The notes under the pieces were generated by a model. The model had not been told where the DNA came from and did no database searches. It was given only the letters and a program-made list of their open reading frames with translations. 64,000 bases of DNA, from assembly GCA_002633005.1 (NCBI GenBank), contig NMRA01000117.1, forward strand, positions 500,617 through 564,616. The letters are read 5' to 3'. Positions within the stretch are counted from its first letter, which is position 1. The number at the start of each line of letters is the position of its first letter. The position numbers were made by a program, and so were the translations under genes. The stretch is from Phoronis australis (lineage: Eukaryota; Animalia; Phoronida). Shown piece by piece: positions 51,601-64,000 of this stretch.

Positions 51601-54600
51601 ACCACAAACCAGTTTGAAGTTCGTGATTTTGTAACTTGACCATATCATTGTATTTGAGTTATATATGACACACTCCAGTATCTAATTTTTGGAAAATGTG
51701 TTCAGTATAAAGATGAAATAATTCCCCACAAATATACCACAAATTTATGACAGCAACTCTAGATATCCTGTCAGGTGAATTTAACACAAGAATCCCACAA
51801 AGAGAAACATGATCACAAGTCACTTCATCATTACTAACAGAGATACTGTCAGATAACAAAACTTACCTCACACAGTGGAAGTAGAATTCCCTTGAAAAAA
51901 GCTGCAGGTTTGAATAACGACTTCTTTAGTGCCTACAAGACAAATGCAATGAATACCAAGTGTTGTCAATGATGTCCCTAGAGACTGAAGAATTGAAATG
52001 TTGTTGCAGAACCATTCCTCACAACAGACCCAGACTGGCCTTAGGATATGAATATGACTGAGCCACAAGTAGCGACGAGAACACAAGCATTCATCCCGCT
52101 TCTTGGATTATCTCATTACTACACAACTGTCAATCACTTTTACATCTGGATGAGAATGAAAATGTAACACTCATTACTGTCTCAATGATGACTCAGTGTC
52201 AATATTTTACCACTAAAAACCTCTATTTTCCACTTTGTAACGGAAAGTGGACAGAATTCACAGAATCTTACTTCTTTCATTGAATTAGAGGTTTTGAATA
52301 GAATTCACATATTTCAGTAGCGGACACCATAATTCTGTTTTTGGTTTTTAATTACCAAAAATTAAGAACATAATCCATCAAATCGATCCATGATTGGTTT
52401 GCAACTGACATGTTCAAGTACTTGCCCACTATTTCTGAATATACATAATATAACTGGAGATGGTCTGGTACACGTTGTACCAGATGTGCGCAGGCCACTC
52501 TGGTGGCCCTGTTGCACTGATCACCCGAAATCATTTTTATATTTGATTTATATATAGATAAAATCGAGCTGAGGAGCTGGAGACCTGACTCAAGGGTCTA
52601 GTAGTGTGCCCCATTGGGATTTGAAGCCACAACTTTGAATAAAAGAAGCGGACGCCAATCTCACTAGGCCACAATGCCTCCTCCCCACTATTTCTGAAGG
52701 TGGCACTGTACACAGCAAGTTGTTGGTAAAATGGACCAGAGGCATAACTTAGTGAAAAACGCAAGACAATTCCCAGATCACCTGTATGTTATCACTTTGA
52801 AATAACAGAAAATGCAATTTTCTGGTTTAGAAAATGGAAAAAGACGGATACTAATTTTATCAGGAATTTACAAAAATATGTCCGTGAGTAGATATTAGGA
52901 AAATAATTTTTCATTAACATCAAATGAAACTGAATAAACGCAAAGGGGTATTTTCTGAAAAGGGGTGTATTTTTGGAACATTTCATGATGCTGTTTTAAA
53001 GCCAATAATTATCATTGTTCAGTAAAAACTGTTTTCAAAGCATGTAAGTCCTTTTGTGAATGTGAGTCGTCCTTGAAAAGATTAATGTATGCAACAGAAC
53101 ATTTTGTGCCTTTTTAAAAAAACATTAAGACTAAAGTTGTGAACTTTTTGAAACAAACATATCCTTTTTAATGTAATATCATATCTCTAATCGTCCAACG
53201 TAATTGGCATTCAGCTTGCTGTCCTTCATGATGTGCTAATAGAGTTAGTTACCTACGAAATCACACAAAATCTCGTCAAATGATACTCTGAATGCAAACG
53301 CGATCCCAAAATTAATGTATAGTCACAATAAACAAAATTTTACCTTCAAATCATCATATTACACATGTACTTTGGAACAATACATCAGACTTTCAAAATA
53401 TGCAAACAGTTACCAAAAACATGCCCATGGGCATACTTTTAGGAGGCCTCTTTTCGGAAATCCCAGTATATCTGCAGAAATGAATTTCTCAGTTTTTGAA
53501 AATGGAAAATCAGATTCTCTATACTATCTGATAAGTAACCTTATGCTTACAGCAAAACTCACCATGTAAAGATGAAAATTTAACCTTTTGTATTCAGCAA
53601 TATCATCTCTAATTCTGGGCATGAGAACAAGGTTGAAAAATCTACAATAGTAAAAACAACATAGCAATCAAGTAATAACTATTATGCACACACACTGAAA
53701 ATGTATTTTGAATGTTGACATATAGTTAGAATATACAATTACAGCAAACACAGGTTTTATTGCTCAGGAATGATTATAGAAAGTTTATATGAAGTTACAC
53801 AAAATACACGTACAAGGAACATGCTCCTCTGTTCCAAAAATGGCTGCATTCTTCATCAATTTGCTTGACATTTCTCAGTACCAAAGTACATGTTAATTCT
53901 AGATAACCTGTAATCAAACCACAATAGGTCTTAATACAAACCTCTGTGCCATCTTAGCATTTAGATTTGAGGCAAATATCCTGGTAGCTTGATACATCCC
54001 AGCAGCAGACCAACTGTCAGGTTCCATAACATAAAGTATCTGCAATGGAAGGTGACAGATGTGTAGTCAAGGCAACCACTGTCAAGTGACAGTGACAGAC
54101 AAGCATGAATGGAAACCGACAGATTGGCAGGTTCATTATGAACCATGTTCTGTATGGATACTCAAAACAGGTATGATCTCACCTTCCATCACAAAATCTG
54201 ATTTTTGATTTAGGCTACTAACTGTTATGAAATCGATCTCAAATAGGGTCGTCCCGGATTAAAAAGCGACACTGGAATCTCACTGTATTTATCCACAATA
54301 CCGTAAATATCCTTCAGGCACATTTGCTGCCTCGTTTTCATGTCACTGCAGTTTCACATGTAATTTGTTATTGTCTGATTGTTTACAAGTTTTTCATGGT
54401 TGCATTACTCTATTGGTCTTTCCAATGCCAGTAAAGTATTCCTGTTGGGTAGTGGGCTGCAACTAGTAAAGTATTACTGCTGTGCTGTGGGCTGCAACTT
54501 CGACGTGGAAAAAGTTTGATAAACTGGACAAAAACCCGTGGATGCGTGATGTGAAATTCTTCGCCTTCCCAACATCAACGAGAGACACAAAAATGCTAGA

Positions 54601-57600
54601 CTTCCAAACGAGATCACGTGCTTTCTTATCTCCGCGAGAGTTCTATCGCCTATTGTTGCTTAGTCAAATTGTAAACGATTTCTGGGCTGGGAGAGAAGTG
54701 ACTCTTTAGCAATGCTAAAGACCAAGTTGACTTGTCATGGAGTGTCATTTTACGTGCTGGGCACGGTCTCAAACAGTAACAAACTGTCATTTTTTAAAGC
54801 CCTGAAACCATTTCATATCTGAGTTAGGAACACATTGAGATCACTTTTGTAGTAGAAAATGGTCTAAATCAATTCTTTGAGGGATCGTCTCTTTATGGTC
54901 ACTTTAATGCAGGAATGAAGGCAGACGTGCATTAACATCACACTGTCTCATTCTGCAGGTAGACATTGTACATTGTATAATGAAACTTGTTTTTGACCAT
55001 CAAATGTATTATCACTGCACAACATAACACATTTCAATACCAGTATAACAACTCAGTGCATGCTTTTTCTCCCCATGAACATGAAGACTCCACAAGTACC
55101 CCTTAGCCAATTTTCGTCATATTTCACAAATACCACTAATCGTTAAGGAATATGCACATACAATTAACATTTGAATTTCACTTGCATAACAGTTTTTGGA
55201 ATCTTGTCCTTCGTTAACCGACTAAAATCTGAAACAGTTCACACTACCTGTTCCCAATTGGACAGAGATGGTACTATTTTGAATGCCTTTGGTAACTTGC
55301 CACACTACCTGTTCCCAGTTGGACAGAGATGGTACTATTTTGAATGCCTTTGGTAACTTGCCACACTACCTGTTCCCAGTTGGACAGAGATGGTACTATT
55401 TTGAATGCCTTTGGTAACTTGCCACTCCGGTACTTGGTCAGAATGTGACCAACTTGTTTGTACATGTTGACCACTCGTTCATCCAGGTCCTGCAACTGGA
55501 CACTCTGATCTGAAATCAAATAATTGTGATACATTATGCGCAAGCCAATTTTGAAGAACTTTGAAATAACTTGTCTATCAAAACAATTTTGTTGAGTCTG
55601 GTAATACATAGTGATCTTATAGCAAACTGACTAACGACACTATTTGATAGACAGTTTGTTGAATTCATTATCCATCTCAACACTTTTCCTGACAATAATC
55701 GGATATAACATGCCAATATTTGATAGACAGTTTGTTAGATTCATTATCCATCTCAACACTTTTCCTGACAATAATCGGATATAACATGCCAATATTTGAT
55801 AGACAGTTTGTTGGATTCATTATCCATCTCAACACTTTTCCTGACAATAATCGGATATAACATGCCTATATTTGATAGACAGTTTGTTGGATTCATTATC
55901 CATCTCAACACTTTTCCTGACAATAATCGGATATAACATGCCTATATTTGAGAACCCGAGTGATGCCTATTTTTCAGTGGAAAAAACTGGCTCCAAAAAT
56001 GCAGGCACGTCATATCCGAACATTACCCTTCTTCTTGCACTAAGCTACTGCATTCAATTTTTTGCTTAATTACTGAATTAAAGAATTGTTAAACTTGATA
56101 GAACTATTTTAACGTAAAAGCCTTGCCCAGGCTCAGTTTTTCAATTGAGGCTGGAAAATGAGAACACTGTCAATACCCTTGCAACATTCCTCATCTTTCT
56201 CAACAGGACCTTGGGTAAAACACGGTCAAAAGTTATCAGGACATAACTAATTTATCAAAACTTTATTGAATCATAAAAGCAAAGAAAAATTATCATAGCT
56301 GTTGCATGACATAAGACTACTTGACAAAAAGACATGAACAGTTTTAGTGAACAGCTTTAAATGAGTAAAAACTGAGTCTTTAAAAGTAAGCACAATTTTT
56401 TAATGCCTGTAAACCATTTTTACATGAGTTAACTTCCAGATTAAAAACGCAACTAGGTACCTGTCATTTGACTCTGAATTTCTGTTTTTTTCTCAGTCAG
56501 TTTCTCCTGAATAATATCTGCCAGTGTTCGCTTAACAGGTGCATTCTTGGACATGAATGCTTCTATAGCCTTCTCATCTTCCTCGTCAACAATCTAAAAA
56601 CACCACATAAGTACTGCATCAGTACCAAATATTACAATACCATGACCAACAACTATCGCTATGTATTAACAAGTTTTGAGCCAAAATTAAACTCATTATA
56701 CGAACCAATTAACAATTAGCCAAAACAAGTAGCGTAGAACATGCAAGGTTTTCTAACATAAGATGTTTTTATGCACAAAATTGACGTCCATGAAGTTTCA
56801 ATCGTAAAGTTAAAATAAAGAATCTGTACTAAAGAAATGACCTAATTCTTCGTATAAATATTTCTTTTTCAGTAGGGCGTGGAAATATGTGATGTGACCA
56901 AAAAGATGGCACGCTGACGGGACAAAATGTTTGCAACACCTAATTCTTGTTTATGTTAACTCTGCAAAATTGATGACACAAGACATTTGTTAATAAGCTA
57001 TCAGTACTCGGCACAACTTAAAGCATCCTTAACAGCACTAATTGGGCTACGTCAAAACTGAGGATATCAAACTGAGATAAACCAAATTTGATGTGCTGAT
57101 TTAAACACTACAAGCAAACAGTGAACCCACTTGGTTCATTTAGTATATTGTAAAAAAATAGAAATGAAAACCTTCTGCGATAAAAACATTTGAAACAGGT
57201 TCCACTCCAAACCACAAGCAACATCAGAGATTTTTAAGGCTAGTGTAATACATGGCTTTAAACCAACTCAGAATCTTGCAGACATTGTGCAAGTTTCACA
57301 CTTCCAGCCTGTGGACGTTATGTGAGATTACCAAATTAGATGTTTTGTCCTACTTTCGCATCACAGTGGGGATCCTCCAAGGGGGCAATGTGTAACTGGT
57401 AGAATATCTATGTTAAACTCTCTCTGTAGTTTTAAAAGAAAGCACACCCCTCACTTGTATTGCTTACTAGCTAATGGTTTAACTCACAATTTCTTCCATA
57501 CTGTGGTCATCATCATCATCATCATCGTCAAAGTCGTCCTCTTCTGAATCTGAGGCAGCACTAGCTCCACCCAGTGACACAGTTTTGGCTTTCTTGTTCT

Positions 57601-58496
57601 TCCTAAGAGAGTGACGTACAAGATGTAACAATATCAAATTTCTCACATGAATTGGAATCTGTTATGACACGACTGGTTAATAACACCGAGCACGTAATTT
57701 CTGATATTACATGGGCGAATCCCTAAGTAGTGCAAGGAACAAATTCATACGCCTAACATTTTATCGTCTGCAAAACACTAATACCAACAACCAAACAATG
57801 CTGGAATTTCAGGAAGGTGACAAGGTTATGATTGACAAATCGAGTATCGCAACTGTACGCACTTCCAGTTGGAAGGACATGCAAACAACTTCTTAAACGG
57901 ACCCAACTTCGGCAGTAAATTCCATATCCACTTTCATTCAAACGGAGACGAACCCCAACTCAAGAAACTACGTGGCGAGATTGTCTAGCTGTGCTGTTTT
58001 AAGGTCATATCAGTGCCCACATGTGGGGATACCCTGCTGACTGTGTTATTTATAAACATTTTTATAAACAAGTTTTAATATTACAACTTCAAAGAGTATT
58101 TATTAGATTCTAACCTGAACATTTGTTACATAAGCTAAATGCAATAAACAATTGATAAGTTTAAAACTTCTTGGAAATTTCATCAAACACCCAATTTCCA
58201 AGAAGTTTTGACCATGTCATAAACCTGAGGTTTGTGTGGGATTCTCTGTCATATAAATTACTTGAAAGTCTAAAAATTGAGTCAATCAGCAGAGTTTGAT
58301 TAGTGAAGTAACCTCTTTGAATGGCAACAGAGATCAATAAGAAAGCAGTTCAATCTATGTTGAACACATGCAATGCAAGATACGTTCTACAATCACAAAC
58401 CTTCCCAATCCATGCTCGTCTTCCAATTCTTCCTGCTGTCGACGAGCTTGCTCTAAGATTTTTCGGGAGAGTTTATCATCCACAAACTAAAAAACA
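48378..58496 (-). CDS. BYSL: Bystin (40S pre-rRNA processing factor), 5'-partial; exons 58496..58411, 57602..57488, 56593..56461, 55509..55370, 54039..53942, 53641..53563, 51932..51867, 50642..50434, 48603..48378
   Basis: [110 protein letters not shown]. Phases are consistent; 383 aa recovered, first coding exon not located. Confidence 0.95.
49850..50256 (+). mobile_element. piggyBac transposon 5' end with transposase N-terminus, cut by an n gap, in a BYSL intron
   Basis: TTAA|CCC terminus and an internal gcgccggta/gtgccggta repeat. ATG at 50100 opens [41 protein letters not shown], an acidic piggyBac-type N-terminus. Confidence 0.72.
50434..50642 (-). CDS. BYSL: BYSL internal exon
   Basis: [11 protein letters not shown]...[21 protein letters not shown]. 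Confidence 0.93.
50860..51460 (+). mobile_element. 5'-truncated non-LTR retrotransposon carrying an RNase H domain, antisense in a BYSL intron
   Basis: RNase HI motifs [23 protein letters not shown]; (ACAGGTATT)n tail; 13-bp TSD GTAATACCACAGA at 50847-50859 and 51461-51473. Confidence 0.9.
51867..51932 (-). CDS. BYSL: BYSL internal exon
   Basis: [22 protein letters not shown]. Confidence 0.93.
52590..52675 (-). mobile_element. Degenerate tRNA-derived SINE head
   Basis: Minus strand reads gtggcctagtgag (A-box-like) ... ggcttcaaatccc (B-box-like); no cloverleaf. Confidence 0.35.
53563..53641 (-). CDS. BYSL: BYSL internal exon
   Basis: [26 protein letters not shown]. Confidence 0.93.
53942..54039 (-). 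CDS. BYSL: BYSL internal exon
   Basis: [33 protein letters not shown]. Confidence 0.93.
54170..54903 (+). mobile_element. Degenerate THAP-containing (Kolobok-like) relic
   Basis: [13 protein letters not shown] / [22 protein letters not shown] at 54425-54575; ends CT|TTAA. Left boundary is uncertain. Confidence 0.5.
55240..55422. repeat. 61-bp tandem triplication of BYSL exon end plus splice donor
   Basis: cacactacctgttcccagttggacagagatggtactattttgaatgcctttggtaacttgc x3. Confidence 0.95.
55370..55509 (-). CDS. BYSL: BYSL internal exon (3' end triplicated)
   Basis: [39 protein letters not shown]; only the proximal donor keeps the frame. Confidence 0.9.
55641..55951. repeat. 76-bp tandem repeat, 4 copies
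   Basis: Units start at 55641, 55717, 55793, 55869. Confidence 0.95.
56461..56593 (-). CDS. BYSL: BYSL internal exon
   Basis: [38 protein letters not shown]. Confidence 0.92.
57488..57602 (-). CDS. BYSL: BYSL internal exon (acidic)
   Basis: [12 protein letters not shown]...[21 protein letters not shown]; phases fit both neighbours. Confidence 0.85.
58411..58496 (-). CDS. BYSL: BYSL internal exon
   Basis: [26 protein letters not shown]. Confidence 0.9.
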
Positions 58497-59964
58497 TACA
58501 ACACAAGTGAAAACAATGAGTAATCAGCTCTGAGGCATAGAAATTATAACACCAGGAACACGCCCAACTCGTCACATGGAAAAGAGCCCTGATGCTACCT
58601 GTCTAGACAAAATCACAACCGTCAGAGAATTTGCTCAATTTGGAGGAATAGATCCATCCTAGATTGAATTCTCCTCTGTTGTAATGGTAGAAAAATTCAT
58701 TGCACGACAGACATAGTTTTCAAATTTTCAGACAATCCTGCGAAGATTAACAACAGAAGCACACGTAACACTGATAGCTGACCTTTCTGCCAAGTTCTTT
58801 GTGTCACCATTACAACTTTTAAGTTGTGGTTTAAAAAATGTAATACTACAAGTTTACATGTATTAAATAATTTACACAATCGTTTGGATATGAGGCAGTG
58901 ACAAGTAGATTTGTTTGTGGAGAAGCAGGACAAGTGTTTGGGATGTGTTTTGCATTGTGGGTACTTAGCATGAAAGTAGTGCTGTTCTAATTGAGAACAA
59001 GCCTATTTAGACATTGACACCCTCCAAGTGCAAGAAAGCATCTCAAAGCAATGTGAATCTGACATTTGCCATGGTTGAGACAGAAAGTGTAGTAAAACTT
59101 CCTAAGTATACCCACAGTCAAAGTCCTATGTGATATGAATGGCAGAACACAAAAACACATCACTGGACGATGTCACGCAGCATTAAATTAGTTACATGAT
59201 AATAACAGTGATGTGCACTGGTTGACGACGCATGGTGGACCTGTCTATATTTTGGGAAAAGTTTTTGGCTACAAGCACCTAAACATACAGCTAACTAGTG
59301 GTGACTATGCCAGGCAACGTCAAAATACAGGTAGGAACCGGTATGAGTTAACTTCACATAGACCTCAAAATCTCACACTGCTCGGGTAGATTCTGCTTGT
59401 CACCTCAACATGTAGAACTAACCATTGATTGGGGAGCAACCACAATCTGAGAGTCAACCTCGCCTGTTAATACCGTTTAGGTAAAAACAATCTAGTAAGC
59501 GTCATTTTCTTGCATAAATTCCCGGCATTTGTACTAAAGAAAATTCTGGCGATAACTTGAAGACGGAACACATGTGTCACTGTGCCATTTGCTAATTTTT
59601 TACAACATCATGCGTGAGATGATGACAGCTTTGCGAAGCAAAATGTGCTTAAAAATATGGTTTGCTTAGATTAATACCAAAAACTTATAGTGAAGTAAAA
59701 CAAATACCGGTAATTTGCTGTAACGATTACAAAACTTTGTGGAAACACCATACATTGAAGAATCAGCAAAAAAGGTATTGGTGGAAGCGCTCTGTTTCAT
59801 GGCTCTAAAAGCAGACGCATATCACTTCACAAATTTAGCAGCAGAATAACAAAACCAATGGTATTCTTTCAGCACCGGTAACTAATTTAATGTGCTCAAG
59901 GACTAGTGTCAGATTTATTTGGCCAGTTTTTTAACCACATCAGTACAAAGCTGTGTAGTTAAAC

Positions 59965-60339
59965 AGCTTTGCACCAAGGCTAGCTGGTTAGTAAGTCTAA
60001 ACCTGTAGTCTTGTAGTAGACTATAGTACAGTTTGTACAGTAGCTTTGCACCAAGGCTAGCTGGTTAGTAAGTCTAAACCTGTAGTCTTGTAGTAGACTA
60101 TAGTACAGTTTGTACAGTAGCTTTGCACCAAGGCTAGCTGGTTAGTAAGTCTAAACCCGTAGTTTTGTAGTAGACTATAGTACAGTTTGTACAGTAGCTT
60201 TGCACCAAGGCTAGCTGGTCCAAACCTGTAGTCTTGTAGTAGACTATAGTACAGTTTGTACAGTAGCTTTGTACCAAGGCTAGCTGGTTAGTAAGTCCAA
60301 ACCCGTAGTTTTGTAGTAGACTATAGTACAGTTTGTACA
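59965..60339. repeat. 77-bp tandem repeat, ~5 copies
   Basis: agctttgcaccaaggctagctggttagtaagtctaaacctgtagtcttgtagtagactatagtacagtttgtacagt; one unit has an 8-bp deletion. Confidence 0.93.
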
Positions 60340-62595
60340 ATGACTGAATGATTGAGAGTCATATGTTGAACATATCCATGAAAATCTGTCAAGGTTCACT
60401 CAAGTCAAGGTTCCCTGAATGGATGCCATTTTGAGGAAGTGACAATTTTAAGTGTAACATGTATTTTTTACAAAGTGCCAACCCCTTATTCGGTGATGAA
60501 ATTAACAGAGACTGATGTGGAGTGTTGTAGCCTCTCGCCAGCAGGACGAGGGGCTACGACGCTGTCACTGGTACAAGTAATTTTAGCCTTGGTACAAAGC
60601 TGTACACTAAATCATACAGCTTTGTGCCGATGTGGGTAAAATAATGACCAGATAAAATATGACACAAAATTAGTGTCATTAAAAACCACACACTTATTTG
60701 AGTAAATAAAGTTATTTTCTGGTTTTGGAAAAATTGGCATTCTGCCGTTATTCTGCAGCTAAAGTTGTGGAGCAATCTTCTGCGTCGGCTTTCAGCACCA
60801 TGAAATATTGCGTCACCTATTGGCCAGTTTCTTTTCTTAGCCTATTCTTCAATCAACTGTTGTTCTTTCACGAGGTTGCGTACATGTCACAACAAATTAT
60901 TGGAACTGGTTTCACTTCATTATAAGTTTTTAGAATTTTGATACCGAAAAACCAAACTTCAGAAGAAATTTTGCTGCTGCCAAGCTATCATTATCTCCCG
61001 AGAGATATCGTAAAAATTTAGGAAATGGCGCGTGCGCGTGTCACGAGCGTACTGTTTTCAAAATGACAACATAACTTTTCCTTGTTAGAAAAGGCGGAGG
61101 ATTATGCAAAAATATGACGTTTCTTTGATTGTTTAGATTGTTGAGTGTCGTTCGATTCCCAGATTTTGCATGCACCCCGTGTGCTCTTTAGGTTCTTCTT
61201 CTCTGTTCAAGTGTCCACACTCTTTCCAGAGCATTATGTCACTGTTTAACAATGAAGATCAACAAAAACGAGAACAACTATATAACAGGTTTAAAAGGAT
61301 AAATATACATAGTGGACGTCACTTCAGAGGTCGGTTAACATAGCTAGATCGTTAACAGATAAGGCAGTCAGTAAGCGGGTGCCCCAAATGGAGGCACTCC
61401 ACTATGTTACTTCAGAAAGGCAGATAGCTTGCTGACAAAGATATCAAGAGAAGGAACTGATGTAATGTAACCCGGCAAGCTATTCCAGTCCACGACTGTC
61501 CTAGGAAAGAATGTCTTTTTCCTGTAATCTGTCCTATTTATTGGAATACTATAATTGGATGACCTTCAGGTACAGATGCCCGAGACAGTAAGATGTGCGA
61601 TAGGGGCACCATCAGAGTTTATGATCACTGACTTCTTATCATACTAATAAAACATTTTCAGCTGACAGATTTTGCGTCAATGACTGAGGGTGGGCCAGTT
61701 TAAGGTTTGTTGATACAGGTTTCACGGAGAGATGACAAGCAGAACTACCTTGGCTGTGTGCAATTTCGGGGTCTATGGAAGAAAAACGCACAGTGGTACC
61801 TAGCTGTATTCTGGCGATAGTCTTCATACAGCTAACTGGCTGGCTAGTGTAATTTTAGGCAATTACATCGAGCTGGATTCCGCAGGCATACAGGGGCGAT
61901 AGTACATCCCCACAAAAAGTTACTCATTTCAAAATACAGGAAATAAAATCAAATGAAACATGCATGTATGCACATGGAATTATAAACAACACATACCATA
62001 AGTCTGGAGACGATTCAGTCAAGATAATTTGACCAAATTGATGAAAATCTGTCGCGGTTTGCTCGAGTTTCTCTTACCGGGTGCCATTTTGAGGAAGTTA
62101 AGTGAAGTCACGCATGTTGACGAATAAAAAGTCCAAGGGACACAAATCTTACAAATTTCACCTGATACCTTCTCATGCTATTTTGCAAGTGTCATGTGCT
62201 AACATCACGCGTTTTGCTCAGTCTCGCGCCTCGCTGGTTCCGTGCGTGCCGCTAGGTGGGGCGGTAGCCGTGCCAGCACACAGGTATCACTTAATTTTCC
62301 CCGGGAAATTTTTTTACACCGGCGTTTCTGATTGGCTAGTCGAATTCTTTACGCAAACAAACTGGCATGACTGCTGGACTGAAGTGTAAATGTGGTCTGT
62401 TGTACCTGTACACAAATCGGTGCTTAAAATTTATGTTCAGGAAATATGAATCCTAGAAATTGTGAATGCGCCTTTTCGGAATGCATCTTTCTACTATCGA
62501 TGACTTCTGTTTACAATAGTGTCCTGTATTCATACAGTATGACACACCGGTTAAATCGGCCAGATATGTGTTTATTGTACATATGTATGTGCTTC

Positions 62596-63212
62596 CAGGG
62601 CTCGACATAACGAGCTGCAGGTCTCACTTGAGACCTGAAATTTGGAAATGCGAGCTGAGATTTTTGTCAACTCGTATCAAGTCGCAAAATGCGAGCTGGA
62701 ATTTCCAACGTATGCGAGCTGAGTTTTTACACTTCTCGGTAGATACCGGGCAAATAAAAAGCAACTCTTGTTAATCCAAACGTTATTTGGTTGCTGCCAA
62801 ATCCAAGTTCAAAAGAACACTAATAGAGAATAACCCACCCGATGAGTGTAAGCAGGTCGCGTGAACATGGGATATGCAGAATCGATCTTTGACGTGTTTC
62901 ATTGACTAACATTTTCGGGCCACTGCATAGCACGTGATAAAACATCACAAAGCGGTGTTTCTACTAATTCTTAAGCGGTCAACTTACCATACTTTGTGGT
63001 GGACAAATATCTTTATTTTTTGCGTAAGATGTCCTTATTCCATATACCAAAAATCCATGACAATATCCCTGATATCGCACTGCGGCACTGGTCGGTCCCG
63101 TTGTTAACGTGCGGTCCCGGCAGACAATGGTGACTTGGAGATATACGTCTCGTTTTTTATCGCATAAGTCAGCCCGAAGTGAAAATGACAACCTATTAAT
63201 CGCCAGACGACT
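62596..63212 (+). mobile_element. hAT-like non-autonomous element, second copy of the 537..1208 family
   Basis: Starts CAGGGCTCGACATAAC and aligns by eye to the reverse complement of 537..1208. Confidence 0.55.
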
Positions 63213-63860
63213 TTTAGTTGCCAAGAAATTCTCAAACTCCTTTACTTGTTTCTGGGGCTTCGTGTGCGAAATATGATTGGTCTTTCATTCGTTGTTGCCA
63301 AAGTAAAATGTAGGCCTACTCCAGCGATTCAAGTGCGTGAACTCACGCGTGCGCACCACTTCAAAACTACACATGAAAAGAGAATAGTGACAGGCCTAAG
63401 TGAAAGAGTATAACGGTTTGGCTCTGTTAAGCACCCGGATGCCAGTAGTTTACTTGAAGATGAACTCATACATTCCTGGCGGTTATAAAAGACCAGGTGC
63501 TTTACGACATTCCCCGGGACCGATAGAACTCAGAACTGAAATTTTCCTGTTCCGATGTTTCCCGAGGTCGATGTTCCCCTAGCCCTATATTCTATGCCCG
63601 TAGCCAGCTATTGCAACTAAACGGGTACTAGATGAGAAATTGAGGCTAGCGAACTTTTTATTCCTCTCATCATACATCCCCTCCTCCCGTTGGCAACTTT
63701 TCGCTCCCTGCTAGACCACCGTCGCCGTAAAATATTCAGACTCCAATAAAAACACTCTTGTTCTGGCTGAAGCAGGCAGTGTAGGGTACAGTGTAGGTGA
63801 TAACGATATCCAGTAAGTCACCCCTACTAGATGGAGTCTGCCTCTCAAAATCGTGTTATT

Positions 63861-64000
63861 CAGGGCTTGGAATGACCAATGACAAAAAACGCGGAAACTT
63901 TGAAACTTTTACGGCCCAAATCTTGCCCGATAACCAGCCTTGAAATGGTCAGTGTGAACCTTTCCCCATAAAAAACGGGAGGACTAAAAAAAAAAAAAAA
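63861..64000 (+). mobile_element. hAT-like MITE, copy 3 (cut by the window end)
   Basis: cagggcttggaatgaccaatgacaaaaaacgcggaaac. Confidence 0.8.

Noticed and set aside
51767-51840. Possible intronic C/D box snoRNA in BYSL (ATGATGA...CTGA on the minus strand)
   Set aside because: The terminal stem is not in canonical register and I could not recognise an rRNA/snRNA guide. A snoscan/Infernal run would settle it.
53845-53862. GATGAAGAATGCAGC on the minus strand, resembling 5.8S rRNA
   Set aside because: Only ~15 nt with a mismatch and no flanking rRNA similarity.
62070-62095. ATG GCA CCC G|GTAAGA as a possible BYSL micro first exon
   Set aside because: Phase 1 does not fit the phase-0 acceptor at 58496, and a similar sequence at 60375-60445 suggests a dispersed repeat.

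Overview
Eukaryotic, AT-rich, repeat-rich animal DNA. It looks like a bilaterian invertebrate, possibly a lophotrochozoan (inference). It is not prokaryotic and has no CRISPR array. Four spliced protein-coding genes were rebuilt by hand with GT-AG junctions and consistent phases: an SLC16/MCT-family transporter (+, 2 coding exons, 592 aa), lipoyltransferase LIPT1 (-, 4 coding exons, 392 aa), the U5 snRNP WD40 protein SNRNP40 (+, 9 exons, 345 aa), and bystin BYSL (-, 9 exons found, first coding exon not found). The rest is transposon-derived or tandemly repeated: four co-oriented Helentron/DINE-1-like (HINE) elements whose ~150-bp subunits each carry a CTCF-consensus-like motif, Kolobok-like TTAA elements (two with THAP remnants), a piggyBac 5' end, a 5'-truncated RNase H-bearing LINE with a 13-bp TSD, an inverted Penelope-like relic with decayed hammerhead cores, hAT- and Harbinger-like MITEs, and several minisatellites. 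The most unusual signals are the CTCF-motif arrays in a mobile element, tandem duplication of exon ends plus splice donors in both BYSL and SNRNP40, and a Kolobok apparently built from two inverted 5' ends. All calls come from reading the sequence; no database search was run.
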